A DNA stretch of 64,000 nt from Lingula anatina (lineage: Eukaryota > Animalia > Brachiopoda), in the NCBI GenBank assembly GCA_051362555.1, contig CM120641.1, positions 24,496,401 through 24,560,400 on the forward strand, written 5' to 3'. The notes beneath the pieces were generated by a model that did no database searches, was not told where the DNA came from, and saw nothing but the letters and a program-made list of their open reading frames with translations. Positions within the stretch are counted from its first letter, which is position 1. Each line of letters begins with the position of its first letter. A program made the position numbers and the translations under genes. Positions 1-14,374 of this stretch are shown here, piece by piece.

Positions 1-3000
1 ATTTCGTTTCCCACATTACAAGGTGTTGCCATATCAAAACTGTACTCCGAATAACTCTGCATTGACAAATATTCGGAAAGTGCATCCGCCAAATAACAAC
101 GAGAGCGTAAACATGCACGGCAGTGTAAATTTGCCCGCCATCTTTGCAAATCTAACGGACGGGGATATTGAAATTGATATTACTGTCTATTGAAGCTACA
201 AACTGCAATATAAATACTCACGGTGCTTCACTGCATATTCCTTAATCAGCTCCTCTTGTCTTTTGACGAAATTCTCCGGATACAATGAAAAAAACGCGAC
301 TAAAGCGGGACCTTCGTTTCACTCTGCCGTAGACAAGCTACCTGGTCATTTGAAAACGAGGCTCGCCGTACCAACCCGAAGGCATCATGAGACGCGCGCC
401 GCGGGAGACTCCCTTTGAAGTTTGAGCCACTGTCTTATCCTCTTTATTTTGGATCCTAGCTAAAAGATATCTTAAGGAAGTCATGACAGCATGAAAAACA
501 AATACTCGACAGCGTGTATATTGTGTAGCATTCTCAAAACATCTTCGTGACAAACGGCGATTTAGTTTACATGGGTGATATCTATCATAGCCTTCATTAC
601 AACCATTACAAATAGGCGTGCACTAAAAAAAAATCTGTAATGCCAAACGACACGATCATTTTAAGAAATCCAGGGCCTTAAATTCTAATTTTTGGAAATA
701 AACCAAAGCATTTCGATTTGTTAAATGTTTATTGTCTTACTTGCACTTTGAACTACCAATTTAAGTACTTTTTCTGGGTAACTTTAGTCATCATCGTTTA
801 GACAACGGTATTTCACTTGCGCATGTAGTTACGCCTTTTCACACATTGATGGCAAATTGTTGCATGCGAAAAAGGTAGCGAGGGGAATGCCGAATCAGGG
901 GGTCATAAATTCCCTCCCTGGTCTATTCTTAGAACAATTTATACAATAGCACGGTCGCTAAGTGCTGACTCATCACTGTAACGAGACGCAGAGACGATGA
1001 GATAATCAGTGGCATCCCGATTACTTTTAAAAGGGGCGATTTTTATTTATTTATTATGGGAATTTACCCTCGCCCTTTTTGTCCACCGTTTGGCAGGCGA
1101 ATGAGGCATACGCTTGGAGACGTTCTCTTATGATTAAACCAGTAGATAGAGGACAAACAGGAGGACAAAAGCACCCACCAACCTCTCTTGCCACTCAGCT
1201 TCACTCTCTGCAAATTCAACACCAATCTTTATCTTTCTACCCTGCGTCTTCTAACTCCACACCATCTACACAACCCTCTTTGTTGTGATAAAGTTATAGA
1301 CCGTAAACGCTACATCCACGAAGAAATGGGAACCGTTTTAACGTCCAAACACTTAAAAACATAAATCATGCTGACCTTCGAGTTAGCTTAACTATTGTAC
1401 GGATTAAGAGTGAGTGTAGCGTTTATTTCCTTATAGTGATGGCTTTAAATGAATACCTGTAATTTTCTTTAAGTAAAGATGCTGAAGGCTTACAAAGTGT
1501 AATTTACCGTGGGTGTTATGGCAGAGTGCCAGATATACCATAGCTGATGGGCGCAACCAAAGAGCGGCTCCAGCATTGTGGAGAGGCGGAAGAAGGGGTA
1601 GAGGAGATGGAAAGCCCAAATAAAATGGAGCCAAACCCCAAAATTTTTTGACTCCAGCTCGTCGTTGCGAAAGTTCTGTGTGAAATTCGCCCCTGGATAA
1701 GCGGTCCCGTTTCAGCTGCTCTTTCACCCTTTCTCAGCCTTTCATTAAGTGATATAATCTTGACTCATTCTCTTCCCGTTTGTTTAATATCGCCCGCTAC
1801 ATCTAGCCTTCGAGCGGATAATGCCTGCGAAAGATGAAAATAATAATTATAACGAGATGTTCCCGACAAGTTCAACTGGCATGAATCATACTGCTGTAAC
1901 TACCGACTGCGCTCCCCGTGTCACCGTACGGATAACAGTATATACAGCGGTTATCTATGACTCCATCAATTCCAAATATATTTCATAAGAAATATATGTT
2001 CACGAATCACAATACGTTTTTGAATTACAAAGACATTTCAGAATTATAAATGGAAACTTGTTTTCGATATATCTTTGCCATCTGACACTAACACGAGTGG
2101 ACAATTTATTACAAATTAGAGAATTATTTTCGCGGTGGGGAAATAGCTTCTCACTACGTGCTTGTGGCCTATAGTGCCCTGTATGCTGGGAATCGCCCAC
2201 AAGTTTCAGCGATGATTTCATTACTCGGAAGTCATCATCAGCTTTGGTTCACACGTCAAATGTAAGAACTGATATTGAAATAGAGACTGTAATCAGTGAT
2301 GGTAGGTAGCAATTTAACGATTAAGATGGGCGTTGATAAAGCCTTACATTACACTAGGACCCAAAAATATCTTCTATCCTAGCATCACGATACCAAGAGT
2401 TAAACATTGACTTCCGCGGCATTATTTTATGGCCTATTGTCGAGGTGATGTTTGTCATGTTACTTACAGCTTTGGAAAAATGCTACCCGGGAAAATGCGG
2501 AAAAAAAAAAAAGAACGAGAGAGAGGGAGGGAGGGGGGAGACAGTGACACGGGGGGGGGGGGGGGTCGAACGAAAGTGCATTTTCGCGCGCACGCGAGAG
2601 AGAGGCGATCTTGCATATTTGAGACGACATGAAGCCAAGGTTTGCTGACCTCTATTTATAACAATATTTATATATTTCAAAGCTACTGCAGAATTTCACG
2701 TTATGCCACCCATGTTATTTTGTTATTTTGATCGTAAAAGAACTTAATGTGTTAATTTATCCTTTTTATTCAAATTGAAGAAATACATGATCGGAAAAAT
2801 AAAGCAAACAAATATATCAAATAGACCAGCTATTCACAACCTGCGACGAAGCACGTGTTTCAACACAATGGACTATTTTGGTGACGTACAAGAACCTCGA
2901 AATCTTGACATTAAAAACCCTAATTAAGAAAGGAAAACCCTGTCACGTTAGGGATGGGAGAGAGCCAGAAATGACGGAAAACCGAAGGGCGATCTGTAAA

Positions 3001-3197
3001 CTAAAACCAAACCTGTTTGGAAATATAGTACTTGCGTCGGAAGAGTGATTTGCAACAAAGATGTTTGAGAAAGCTGATACTGATACAAAGAGAAAAATGG
3101 GCATACTCTGAAAATTCATGGTGGTGGTGAGATCAATTCCTAATAATTGACTGAAAAGAGAAAGATAAGAACACGTGTTTGTCCATGCGTCAGCGTA

Positions 3198-3223
3198 TAT
3201 GTGTGTGTGCACGTGAGAATGTG

Positions 3224-3281
<58 letters not shown>

Positions 3282-3316
3282 TGAGAGAGAGAGAGAGAGA
3301 GAGGGGGGAGAGAGGG
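3198..3316. repeat. Compound (GT)n(GA)n microsatellite
   Basis: Directly visible. Confidence 0.95.
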
Positions 3317-4145
3317 ATACATCAAGGTGTTTGTAAGATGACAGCTATCACTTAACTAAACGTGAAAGTCAGCAAAGACTGAACGTTTTTGGCTTCTGTT
3401 GTTAACACCCCTTTGTGATCAACCTGCCTATTGATCTACTGACCACCTTACAGTCGTGCCAGATAACGCACTGCACAAAGTGTCAAGGGGCCTTTGTGCT
3501 TCGACCCCCCAAATGAAGTCTCCGAATCATTGTACATAAATCACTTACTTCTTTCAATTACGGTCCGGAAGTGAAATCAGGCTGACTCACCTTCTCATAC
3601 CTTAACTATACAACTCCAATGATGAAAGCTAAACAGTTAATAAGAATGATAATAGGGATTACGCTCTCGATGAAAGCGATGGCCGATTCACTGAGGAAAA
3701 TGCCGGTATTGCTGGCGGTGAGGTTGGAACAGGCAATTATACCCAAAACCGCAACACTCTAAAAATGACTTCCGTTTCAAGGTCTCTCAGTAACGGATTT
3801 TCTAATGAAAGGAAATTAATAAGAACAGACCTGTCCAACGAAGAACCTACACAACGTTGCATAACTAGAGCTTTTGCCGACAAAGAGTGAACTATTTCCG
3901 ATGGCTTGTCCAAGTGCATGTTGGACAAGAAGGAGTGGTGGGTTGACATGTGTACTGAACTACCCGGCGTTATGTGAACCTCACAACATAATGATGTGTC
4001 TGGGTGGACCTGGAGTCTGATAATTAGCGATATACATTGACGAATTTTAAGAAATTTACAGTATGATATCACCCACCCATTCTAAACTTTTGCTGTCCCT
4101 CCCTCCCTCCATATTTCCTTTCGTTCCGTTCTTTCATCTTCATCC

Positions 4146-4153
4146 TTCTCTCT

Positions 4154-4198
<45 letters not shown>
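4146..4198. repeat. (CT)n microsatellite
   Basis: Directly visible. Confidence 0.95.
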
Positions 4199-4201
<3 letters not shown>

Positions 4202-7200
4202 AGTCTCCTGCATACCTGAACATTGTTTTTTTATATGTAATCTTTTTCTCTGGGTAGATGCGAGCAGATTGCAGTTGTCACCAGACAGAAATATCAATTG
4301 CGTTTATACTTTATTTATGTTAACGTGTGTTAAAAGAGGGAGCAAGAGGGCCGTGTGCTTTTCAATCATGTTACAGATGTTGCACATGGCAATCTATGTA
4401 TATAACATATAATGAAAATACGATACTCCGACTCGAGTGACGTGAGGACTAGACTTCGGTGGCACACGGGCCTCTTATCCATTGTGGAAGATGCTGTAAT
4501 GTGATACCAGCATGCGCTTACTGAAGTGGCACAGTGCGTCAACGCAGAATACACCGACAAAAACTTTTGTCGAAGACAAAAATCCTTTGAATTTGTGCCG
4601 AGCAGCTGTAGGCGACAGATACGTGTCGCAGGTGGTAAACTCTGCCACTCAAACGTAAGCTATAGCAGGAGACCAACAACCAGTATTTGTCTTTAGTGAC
4701 GAGAAAATTATAGCACAATATAACAAAAAGTAGTTTAAAAAAAACACCGGTAATGATATGTTATATCAGCCTCAAGCCTAAGATTACCAAAAATAAACCA
4801 AAATGCAATAAATCGGCAAGTCTACATGCAGTCCGTAGATAATTATTGTTGTAAAACATGGCTTTAGATATAAAAAAAATCACAGCGATTGTCAGGTATC
4901 TATCTTGTATTACTAAATAAAGCCATGTTGAACTAAAAGGCTGGTTCCGTCTGGCGAGAGAAGAACAAATCTCCGCAGGCAGTGGGTGGAGACCTGCAAA
5001 CAAACAAACATGGAAGGCCCTAGGTACTGACGACAGCGGAACTGAATGCTTTACATCGATTATCTAGCCTTCGATTGCTACGGCATTCCGATATCTGCTT
5101 TGCTTTTGTTTGAAATCTGCTCCCAGAATAACTAACACAACACTCTATTTAAGACTGTTTAAACACTTTCAATCCGGCCTGATTAGCATATTGAGTTATT
5201 TAGTTGGAGTGTAATACCTCAAGATGCGAGCACCTGTGCTAAGAAGTAAAGCAGACGGAACCGACTATGACGGATACTTCATGACATTTCCCCTATGAGT
5301 TGACATTGGCGCTTGAAATAACAGAATTCGTTCTCAAAAATAACTCAGTCGATTAATACCAAACATTCTAGTGATAAAAGGAATCAATCGGAAACTTCCT
5401 CTCTACCTGTAAACCACATCAACAATTGATGCGAGCCTTCAGGCATTCCTTGGTCAGGAACCCCAACTGCAATATCAAAAAAAAAAGTTGTTTAGTAAAA
5501 GAAATGGGCCGTGCGCTCTTTTGAGAAACCACAAAGCATAGTTTGTGTGCGTGTGGCTTTTGATAAACAAAAAAGTACAAGAATCTCATTGATTAAAATC
5601 AACCGCAAATTGGCTTGGAATTTACGGTTTTGAAATTGTGGCACATGGTTCTTTGCTAAGCTACGTCTAAGTATGATTTCACTGTGAATATTCCTAGTGA
5701 CACCGCTTTCAGTTGGCGTGGAATGTTATTGATTTTCGTAATCAGAGGAAATTGCTCTATCAGTTAGTTCATCAAGCAAGAAAAATAAAACCATTCGACT
5801 AGCGCGTAGTAATGAATGAATATTTTATTGTGAAACAACCTGTTCCTGGAATTTTTGTAATTGTATAATTATGACCAACCCACGAATCTGACAAACACTA
5901 TCTGATAAAACTACAACAATAAAAGCATACTTACAACAAAGTTAACAATGAACAAACATTGGAATGATGTAAAAGGATGGGTGAATTAGGTAAGGAATTA
6001 GAGGAAAATGGAAAACTAACAGAGCGAGAGGAAACGGTGAGAAGAGTTGTTGGGGGGGGGGGTGACTGATGCAACTGCTTTTTCGCAGACAATAACACGG
6101 ACTTTAAGAAATACACACAGAAAAAAAGCAAAAGCTTGTATTAGCGATTCAGTAAAATGAAAAAAGTATCTTAATAAGACAACCAAGGCAATCAATCACG
6201 TGTCAAACGGAATTCATCTTTCTGATTTTAAGAATTTTTTGGGACGACATACAGCAGTTTACATCACCGCAAAATTATAACGTATTCTGTAAAGAGGACA
6301 GCTTTACAAACCGTAAAGTGTGTTTAACATTGATTTGAAATTCCGGATAAATGTTATCAGTATTCTTGCATTAAAAGTAATATGTCATACTGGTAAATGA
6401 TAAATCAATGTACTTAATACGCATCCGGAATGCTAATAATAAGAAGAAACTAGCTTTTGGAAAACAAATACGTGTCTGAATCCCCGCATCCTTATCACAT
6501 CGTGTAACAGGAATATACGTCAGTAAAATACCTATATCAAACAGAAGACACGTGAGATAACAAAAATATGACAATAGGATGGATCCGGGAAATACAACTT
6601 TTTATAACATACTCTGCGGTGAGGACGAAAAAAAGAGCGAAAAAAAAATGTTGAACTCCGATTTACTTTTGTATACGAGGCTTATGTTGTTGATGCATTG
6701 TTATTTTACTTCTTTGAAAAGGCTGCTTTACTTTCTACTCTCCGTTATTTCCCCATATGATTTTTTGGTAGTGTACATGTAGCTGTTTTATTTCGTCCTG
6801 ACATCAGGGTAAATGAAAGTAAAAACATTGGCTTGGGTGCCATTCCGTCGTCTATAGCAGTAAAGACCACAAGTCACCTTGGTTAAAATGTCATAGAGCC
6901 TAACATTAAAGCCGTGAGGGAATCTTTTAATCGTAAAAAGATGAGCATTTCGTTTACTGATAAGGATGGCTTTGATTACAATGTGGCCAATATTACTTCA
7001 GTCTGACTACGGGTCAAAAACTAGGACTATTCGCTGCATTAACACTCTTCCATCCTTGTAATATTGTTTACATTACTATGAGAACAACTCCACTTGCAGT
7101 ATTTCAGTGACTATTTAGGCCGAACACATGGCACAGAAATGATTCATGTTCGATCTCTGATTCAACAATACTGATATTCTATCTACAGTGTGAGTGAAAG

Positions 7201-8040
7201 TGACATGACTCGATCCCTCGCTTAAAATATAAGGTAGAGGTACTTTTTATAGTATCATTTTTTAAGTTGGAAAGAACTGTTAGTTGGAGGCGTAGGGGCA
7301 TGGCAAGAACTGCGTGATTCATGGTGAACAACTTGGCAAGAAGGAAAAAAGCTACGATAGATGTAACTCTTTCCGAGCCCCGGGCAAATCAGACTCTATA
7401 GCTGAGGTGCCTGGAAGCTAATGCCCGGATTGTCGGGCAGGGAGCCATAGAATTTCGCAAACGCACACTCACACGAGGAAAAGAAATGGTAATAAAATCC
7501 CGACTCTAACACATTAACCTTGGAATCATATCCAGTGTGTATTGTGTAGTAAGCGTGACGCCCTGCACCTTCGTACTGTTAACCGCTTGAAGAAGCTAAA
7601 GTCATTTAGGTGATAGTGTAATTTAAGGTATTTCCCTCCAATAAGTACTGTCGCAACTCACCAAGGTCTTCCATCTGGCGTGTGCCGATTCGTACTATTG
7701 GCTCCATGAATGAAAGAACATTTAGCCCCGCCCATGTCCATATACAGAACACTAGAATGTTCATCATCCAGTCATCTTGGCTTAATCAATGCCAGGTTGG
7801 TTACTACCTGGCGAACGTAAATGAACGTATGAATGAAATGAAACTGCCTCTCTGTGATTGGCCGAAATCGGTGAGAGTGGAAATGACGTCAATCATCGAA
7901 TGAAATAAAATAACGTGCACTTCTCTCGTTTTACAGAATCATTTACCGAGTTCATACCTTCAAGAACTTTGACAACTTCAAGAAACGCAAGCAGCATCTT
8001 CAGAATTTACGACTTAGTACAGAAATCAACTCAAGAAAAA

Positions 8041-11000
8041 ATGATGATGACAGTTTTAGTTTTCCTGACGGCAGCAGTATTATTAGGTGAGTCGAGACTT
8101 TTTATTTACAAACCTGGCTGAGCACGTGTAGCTAACGGAATTCTTGGCACACAGTCAACATAGTAGTTCTACAGTGCAAAACTCGACACGACGGATACTT
8201 TTTGTTTGGAAAAAAATTGCAGATACCAGATATCACTTAGTTTCTGTACTTCTGAATGCTCAACTTTTTATCCTATGCATACATATACCTATATAAATGA
8301 GCACCTGGGGCATACATCAGATAGTTGATTTAGAATATGATCCAGCCCACACCGTAGGCTCACGTGTGGTTACCAAACCGTATCATAGATGGTAACCAAA
8401 CGCGGATGTTTACAATCTGTGACAACCTTTTTAAAAGAAAAAACATTAATTCATATTTGGCAACCCGAGTCGTGATCTGCCAGTTAGATTTCCGTCTCCA
8501 TTAAATTTTTCCTCGGAGTAAGTCCGTATCGACACAGTAGCCCGTGACACCTGTTGGCGGTGTCACCGTGGCCGCGTGTTTGTAAACAAACGCTTTTGTA
8601 TACAATTTACTGCTGGGAGGAGTGCCAGCGCTATTGACCCGCGGTAGATTTCCTATTGAATCATAAATGTCACTTCCCGTGTTAAAGTTAATCATGTCCC
8701 TTTAATCATATAGCAGAATCCTTTTTTTTTTCGAATAATTCCGGGTGTGTGTTCATTATGTAGAAAGAGAGGCGCCTGTGAACTTGACCTAGGCAAAGTC
8801 TAAACGTTGCATTGTTGTATTTATGACATGTGACAGTTCACAGTTGTGGAAGATCCATGGTATTGTAATTGAATAGGCAATCAAAAAAAGAACGTTACGG
8901 TTATTAGGGATAGGTTCCGTCACAACAAACCTCATACTGATACTACTACAACTACTAGTATTAACTTTGATCTTGAAAACGCCGGAATGCAAGAACACTC
9001 GAGGTTGTCGCTTAAATCAATATGTGATAAATCGAACAAACAATCGCGATATCGGGAAAAGTTGTCGTGCCACTGAAGCTCTCGATGATCCAGATAGTCT
9101 CCATTCCGTACATTCCTCTTATGGCGTGATTGTAGTCATAATCCCTCTGTCAACCGAGATTTTTGTGCCGTTTATAGCTTGAACCATCCAAAAAAGATAA
9201 ATTCGTAATGTAGTTAGACCAATGGGTTAATAAATCCTCTTTTCACCAACTGAACTTAATGCCTGAAGGCTAAGTGAAGAGGAAGTAAGATAACTCAAGA
9301 TACGCAATAAATAACGTTGCTTTGTTGACGCTCTGCTATGGCTAACTAGTCTATCTCCAATCTAGTCGTCAACCGTTTAGAGCTATTATACCTCTACCTC
9401 TGTGTACTGTTAAGAACAGCAACAGGCTGGCACTTGCCAATTGCCGAAGTGCTTGCGTAAAGCTTAACGACCGAGAAGAACTACAAGATTAATTGATCTG
9501 ATCGGCGTTTAGGGTGGACTGAGGCATTAGCTTCCGTATTTACTGCCAGTCTTCGTCTTGGATGGTTGGTGCGCGGTTATGCACCGGGGGTCGGTAGGTC
9601 CTTGCCGCACGCTTAGCGGTGCTGACTCATGCAGATTGGGGCCCCGATAAGCAAGCTACAGGTGCTAAAACTAAAGCAATTTTTAATGTTTAAGTGCGAC
9701 ACAGTTGTCATCAAAATGGGCAGTAACCCGTGAAGCCAAGGATGTTCATCTAAGAAGATAGCACTGACGCTAGTAACAGCGCAAGATTTCCCCGCCTCTC
9801 TTACACGAGTTTAGACGCTAACTAATAAATAAAACTTGCGATTTGTTGGTTCCTCTGGTGTTCATTAAAATCCTTCTATTTTTTACAGGTGTCCTAACAT
9901 ATTTGTGGAGAAAATACATATCCGGCGGTATGTGCACGAGTCAGGCACGATTAGATAGAAAAACAGTGATCATAACAGGTGCCAACACAGGGATAGGGAA
10001 AGAGACAGCTTTAGACCTGGCAGCCAGAGGTGAGTAGTGCCTATTAGTCTTATTCCTTATGAATCACGAACTAACGAAAACAATGCACGATCCGCCCCTC
10101 ATTAGACATCTGGTAAAATCAAAGGTAATTGGTAACGGTTGAAATCATTACTGATAATCCCGGGTGTGATGTATTAGGAATGTTTTGAAAACTGACAAGT
10201 GTGCATTAACTGCATTCGACCGCTTTGGACTTGGAAAACAAAGCCCTTCTTCACGGCAGAGTTATGAATGAAACGTGACGCAAACTGAGGGAAGCTTGCC
10301 TGCCAGAAAGGAAAAGGCTTGGCAAAAAAGCCAAAAGGGCTAATCGATAGTAATGTATACCATAAACACAAAGAATCCCACCTTACTATAACGTCAAGAA
10401 CAATAAACCGCAATCTCCACTACTAATAAATTTTGTTATATTTGTCTCAGGAGCAAGGGTGATCCTCGCCTGTAGGGACATAAAAAGAGGTCAGGAAGCG
10501 GCTGCCGAAATCCGAGCCCAAGTCCCAAACGCCGAGGTCGTGGTCAGACGACTGGATTTGGCTTCGTTACAATCCGTGAAAGAATTTGCTCAACGAATAT
10601 ATGAAACCGAGGAGAGATTAGACGTCTTAATTAACAATGCAGGTGAGTACCCCGGGTGTTTGCAAATTAAGTTCCGAAGCGTACAGAGTAATCAATATTG
10701 GCTAGTTTATTTAACAGCTCATTTAAAGTATCATTGGAAACAATTGTATAAGTGTCGCAATTAGTTAAGAGAGGGCGGAATATCATAGCTGTTCGTCCCT
10801 TAAACCGCTCTGATTTTTTTTTTGCTCTATTAGGAGTGGCATGGTGCCCGAGGGGGTCCACCCAGGACGGGTTTGAGCTACACTTTGGAGTCAACCACCT
10901 GGGGCACTTTTTACTCACCAACCTCCTGCTGGATCTTCTAGTCAAATCTGGACCCAGCAGAATAGTGATAGTGTCCGCAAGATGTCACCAACGTAAGTAG

Positions 11001-11110
11001 ACAAATGAAACAGTCACCGATTTTGTGTGACGGAAAGGAGGGGTAGATAGTAAAAGAATACTACCAAGATATACTTCGGTCGTTGCTATATGACTAAGTA
11101 CGTTGGCCTT

Positions 11111-11142
<32 letters not shown>

Positions 11143-13357
11143 GAATGAATACTTTATGATATGATATGTAGCTATAATATTGGCTTGTATTTTCTTGACA
11201 GATGGCTATATGAACTGGGAGGACATCAACTGGGAGGAAAGATACTCACCGTTCGCTGCATACAATCAAAGCAAACTCGCTAACCATTTATTTACAAGAG
11301 AACTAAGCCAGAGACTAGAAGGTAAGAAGGTTTTACTATTTACGACTGTTCGATTGTCGGTTGTCTTAGAAATATCTAGACAGCATTAGTGGCGCGGATA
11401 ATAAAGAACAAGGCTGATTATGCACAGGGAACGTTAAAAAACCCAAAAATGTTCGCCTTTGTAAAATTATTGGATCCTTAATTAAGTCTTAATGTAGCTA
11501 TCAATACCGGACCTCATTAGTAATACAAAGGGGAATGAAAGATCGCGCTTGTGTTTGGATAGCTAAAGGAAACAAAAGCCCAGACAAGGCCTCTGTTTTT
11601 TATTTCTTAGTTTGCATTGTCGAGGAAAGCTGTGAAAACAATAAAATCAACAAACCCAAGGTTTTCATAACAAATTTTGCTGAGCAAGACTTAGAATCAA
11701 TCATTTCTGATCTTTGCGTGCCCATAAAAATGACATGAAATCAAGGAGCATGTGATAAATCACCCTTGAACAATAGCTGGCGTTGAAGCCTGCACAATAC
11801 GCCATAACGTAATGTTTTTACTACTGCTACTACTGGTGCACCCAGCGTTCATAATTCATTTACTGTTGTTTTGTTTGGGTAACAAGAGCTTAATTGGCCA
11901 CCAATTGAAAATTGATAAATTTCTGACACTTTCACCTGTATTGTGTCCAGACGAATTGTACATTAGTTATCGATAAAGGGCAATTCGCAAAAACCTTCAG
12001 TGCATCGGTTAACTATTAAACATAAACCCATGTTTTGTTCAAGTTAATTAATAACTCAACTTGTAGTTGATTTTCAATAAAATCGGGAAATTATCGAGGA
12101 TGGTTCATTTGATCAGGCACGCATAAACGATGAGGTTAAGGATTTTTCTCATTAAGCGTTGCAAAGACAAAAATCTTTCTTGATTGGCAAAAAGGAAAAA
12201 AATCACTGTATGCAAGGTGCCTTTATTAACTCTCGAATCCATTTCTTAATTTAATTGACATCCAGGACCTGCGTAGACTAGACACCGAAATATTCGATCA
12301 ATTTCAAGGTAAAGGCATCCGAAAAATGCACGCGCTGTCCGCCCGCGCCTACTTATGAAAGTTCTGAAGAAATAGTCTCAGACGTGTCAATGGTGTTGAT
12401 ATAAAATGTCAAAGTCCGCTGTGTCCTTCCAAGCTTGTCGTGTTCAAAACGTGCATTAAGCAAAGAATCTTGGCACATCTCCCTGTCTATTTTTAGCATG
12501 ATTCACTTAACAAAAAGAAATTATTGTCGCATTGTTTGTTGACATTACTGTGAATGTTCATAAAGCATTATACATATTAATGAAGATAAAGATGACAGGA
12601 CGTATTAATGAGTTTAGCTACTTGTCTATTTCAGGCACTGGAGTCACCGTTAACTGTCTCCACCCCGGCGTAGTGAAAACCGACATAGCCAAATATATCT
12701 TCTTCAAAGAATGGAACCACGTCGCCTTTTGTTGGCTGTACTTCCTGCTCTTTAAGAACCCGCGCGAGGGCGCACAGACCAGCATTTTCTGTGCAGTTGA
12801 CGAAAGTTTAGAAGGAAAAACGGGACTATACTTTAGGTAAATATTTCACCCGTATTTAGAGATGAAATTTCACACACTTTCTCATTTCCTGGCTACTTAT
12901 AAATTAGCATTCCACGGTAAGGTGACTCAACGTTCTAGGCCCACTTTATCTGGACTATCACCAAGGCAACGTTTCCATAAACGATTTTATCTCAGGCGAT
13001 TTTGTGTCTTCATTTGTATCACTTGTTACTCAGCTAAAGTAAATGGCAGTCGAATACTTATCAGAAAGTCGAGCCAATATTTCCTGCTTATAAATGATAG
13101 TTTCTATAACTATCCACTATTTACCAAAAGCGGTGTAGCATTCCAATCGCGTTAGTGTGGGAGGCCTAGGCGTGCGCTACGGTATCCATACACGTTACTA
13201 TTCATACATTACGTCTAAATTTAGAAGGGTTCTTGGTTAAATTTAGAACAGAGATAACCTGAAGGTCTGATAATAACGCGCATCGTGTTGTCACTATGAA
13301 TCAAATTGATAAATGAAGACTAAATCTAACGCGGGAAGACGGGATATGACAAATGAA

Positions 13358-13389
<32 letters not shown>

Positions 13390-13729
13390 ACACACATACA
13401 CACGCTATAGATTTCTGTCACAACTTTTTCATGCTTTTCTAGCAAAATGATTTAAGTCTCATATCAATTTTCATTTTTACAGTGATTGCAAGGAAAAAGA
13501 AATGGCACCCCTAGCAAAAGACAAAGAACTGGCGAAAAAAGTATGGGACCTCAGCGCAGAACTGGTGGGTTTGAACGAACAAGAGTGCTGGCCGCACACG
13601 CAGCTGCAGTCGCGCAGAAAACACGTCGATCTTCTACAAACGAAGTGGGAGGAATTCCCCTTCAACAACAATGACATTTGTGTTATGGACCGCTGCGAAC
13701 CAATTGAACACTGTCTACGACAGGGGTAA
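8041..13729 (+). CDS. Retinol dehydrogenase 11/12/13-like short-chain dehydrogenase/reductase (SDR7C type), 7 exons, about 368 aa
   Basis: Exons 8041-8086, 9889-10029, 10451-10642, 10834-10992, 11202-11321, 12635-12836 and 13483-13729. All introns are GT-AG with consistent phases (1107 nt total). N-terminal hydrophobic anchor; TGANTGIG Rossmann motif; [33 protein letters not shown]; catalytic YNQSK; [30 protein letters not shown]. The exact orthology (RDH11/12/13/14) cannot be resolved by eye. Confidence 0.93.
11111..11137. repeat. (GA)n microsatellite
   Basis: Directly visible. Confidence 0.95.
13358..13403. repeat. (CA)n microsatellite
   Basis: Directly visible. Confidence 0.95.
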
Positions 13730-14374
13730 AGCCTGCATAATTGTTCCAGTACACTTCCATTCGGACTTGACGCCATCTCGCGACGTTACTCGCACGCAAT
13801 GTTCATCACGCGTGGCAACACATGATCTCCCAAGTCCTGTGAAAACGCACCCACAAGTGCAGTTTGTGATACCTTCTCAGGTGCTTATCACGACTGATAC
13901 CTAAGATTCGCAAGAAACTCTAGGCGACGGCACCGACTTATTGAAGAAGAGTAAACAATCAGTAATTTATTCACAACCGCGAAGACATTTCATCAGCACG
14001 GCAAAGCGGCTGCTGGCAGCATACATTTGCCATATTCATAAACATTATTTATTGCATATTCATAGATTCATCTCATCGTTCGTTTTCGTTTCATGAGAGC
14101 AAAACTCAAAAACGCATCACACCGTCATGTCATCGATGCATTTCTTAATTTATTTGTACATAATATGTACGTATCAGTACGATTTTCACTATTTATTGCA
14201 TAACAAGCTTTTGATATGTAGCCGGTTTTTGTGGAATGATCCAAACCGACATAGCTGCAGTTGAAATATTAACATGTTAATATAATTTATTTTATTTATT
14301 TGAAAATATAGGTTTAGAAAACAGTATCCCAAAGTTAAGGGTTTTCATACGCACCAATAGTTGTTGAACAACAG

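Noticed and set aside
1-480. CpG-rich stretch resembling a transposon end or promoter
   Set aside because: No partner TIR or coding evidence inside the window.
2520-2566. G-rich tract as a functional G-quadruplex
   Set aside because: A simple purine repeat and homopolymer like others in the window (27236-27256, 60581-60592), with no linked feature.
3590-4072. Open frames on both strands (111-aa minus ORF, an about 86-codon plus frame, and a hydrophobic minus stretch ending near a GTGAGT donor)
   Set aside because: No recognisable domain, an internal stop in the spliceable frame, and no partner exons found. It could be a non-coding exon but cannot be supported.
8430-8705. Palindromic segments ending in GTCCCTTTAA (possible Kolobok-type MITE)
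   Set aside because: The left TIR is too degenerate to define boundaries.
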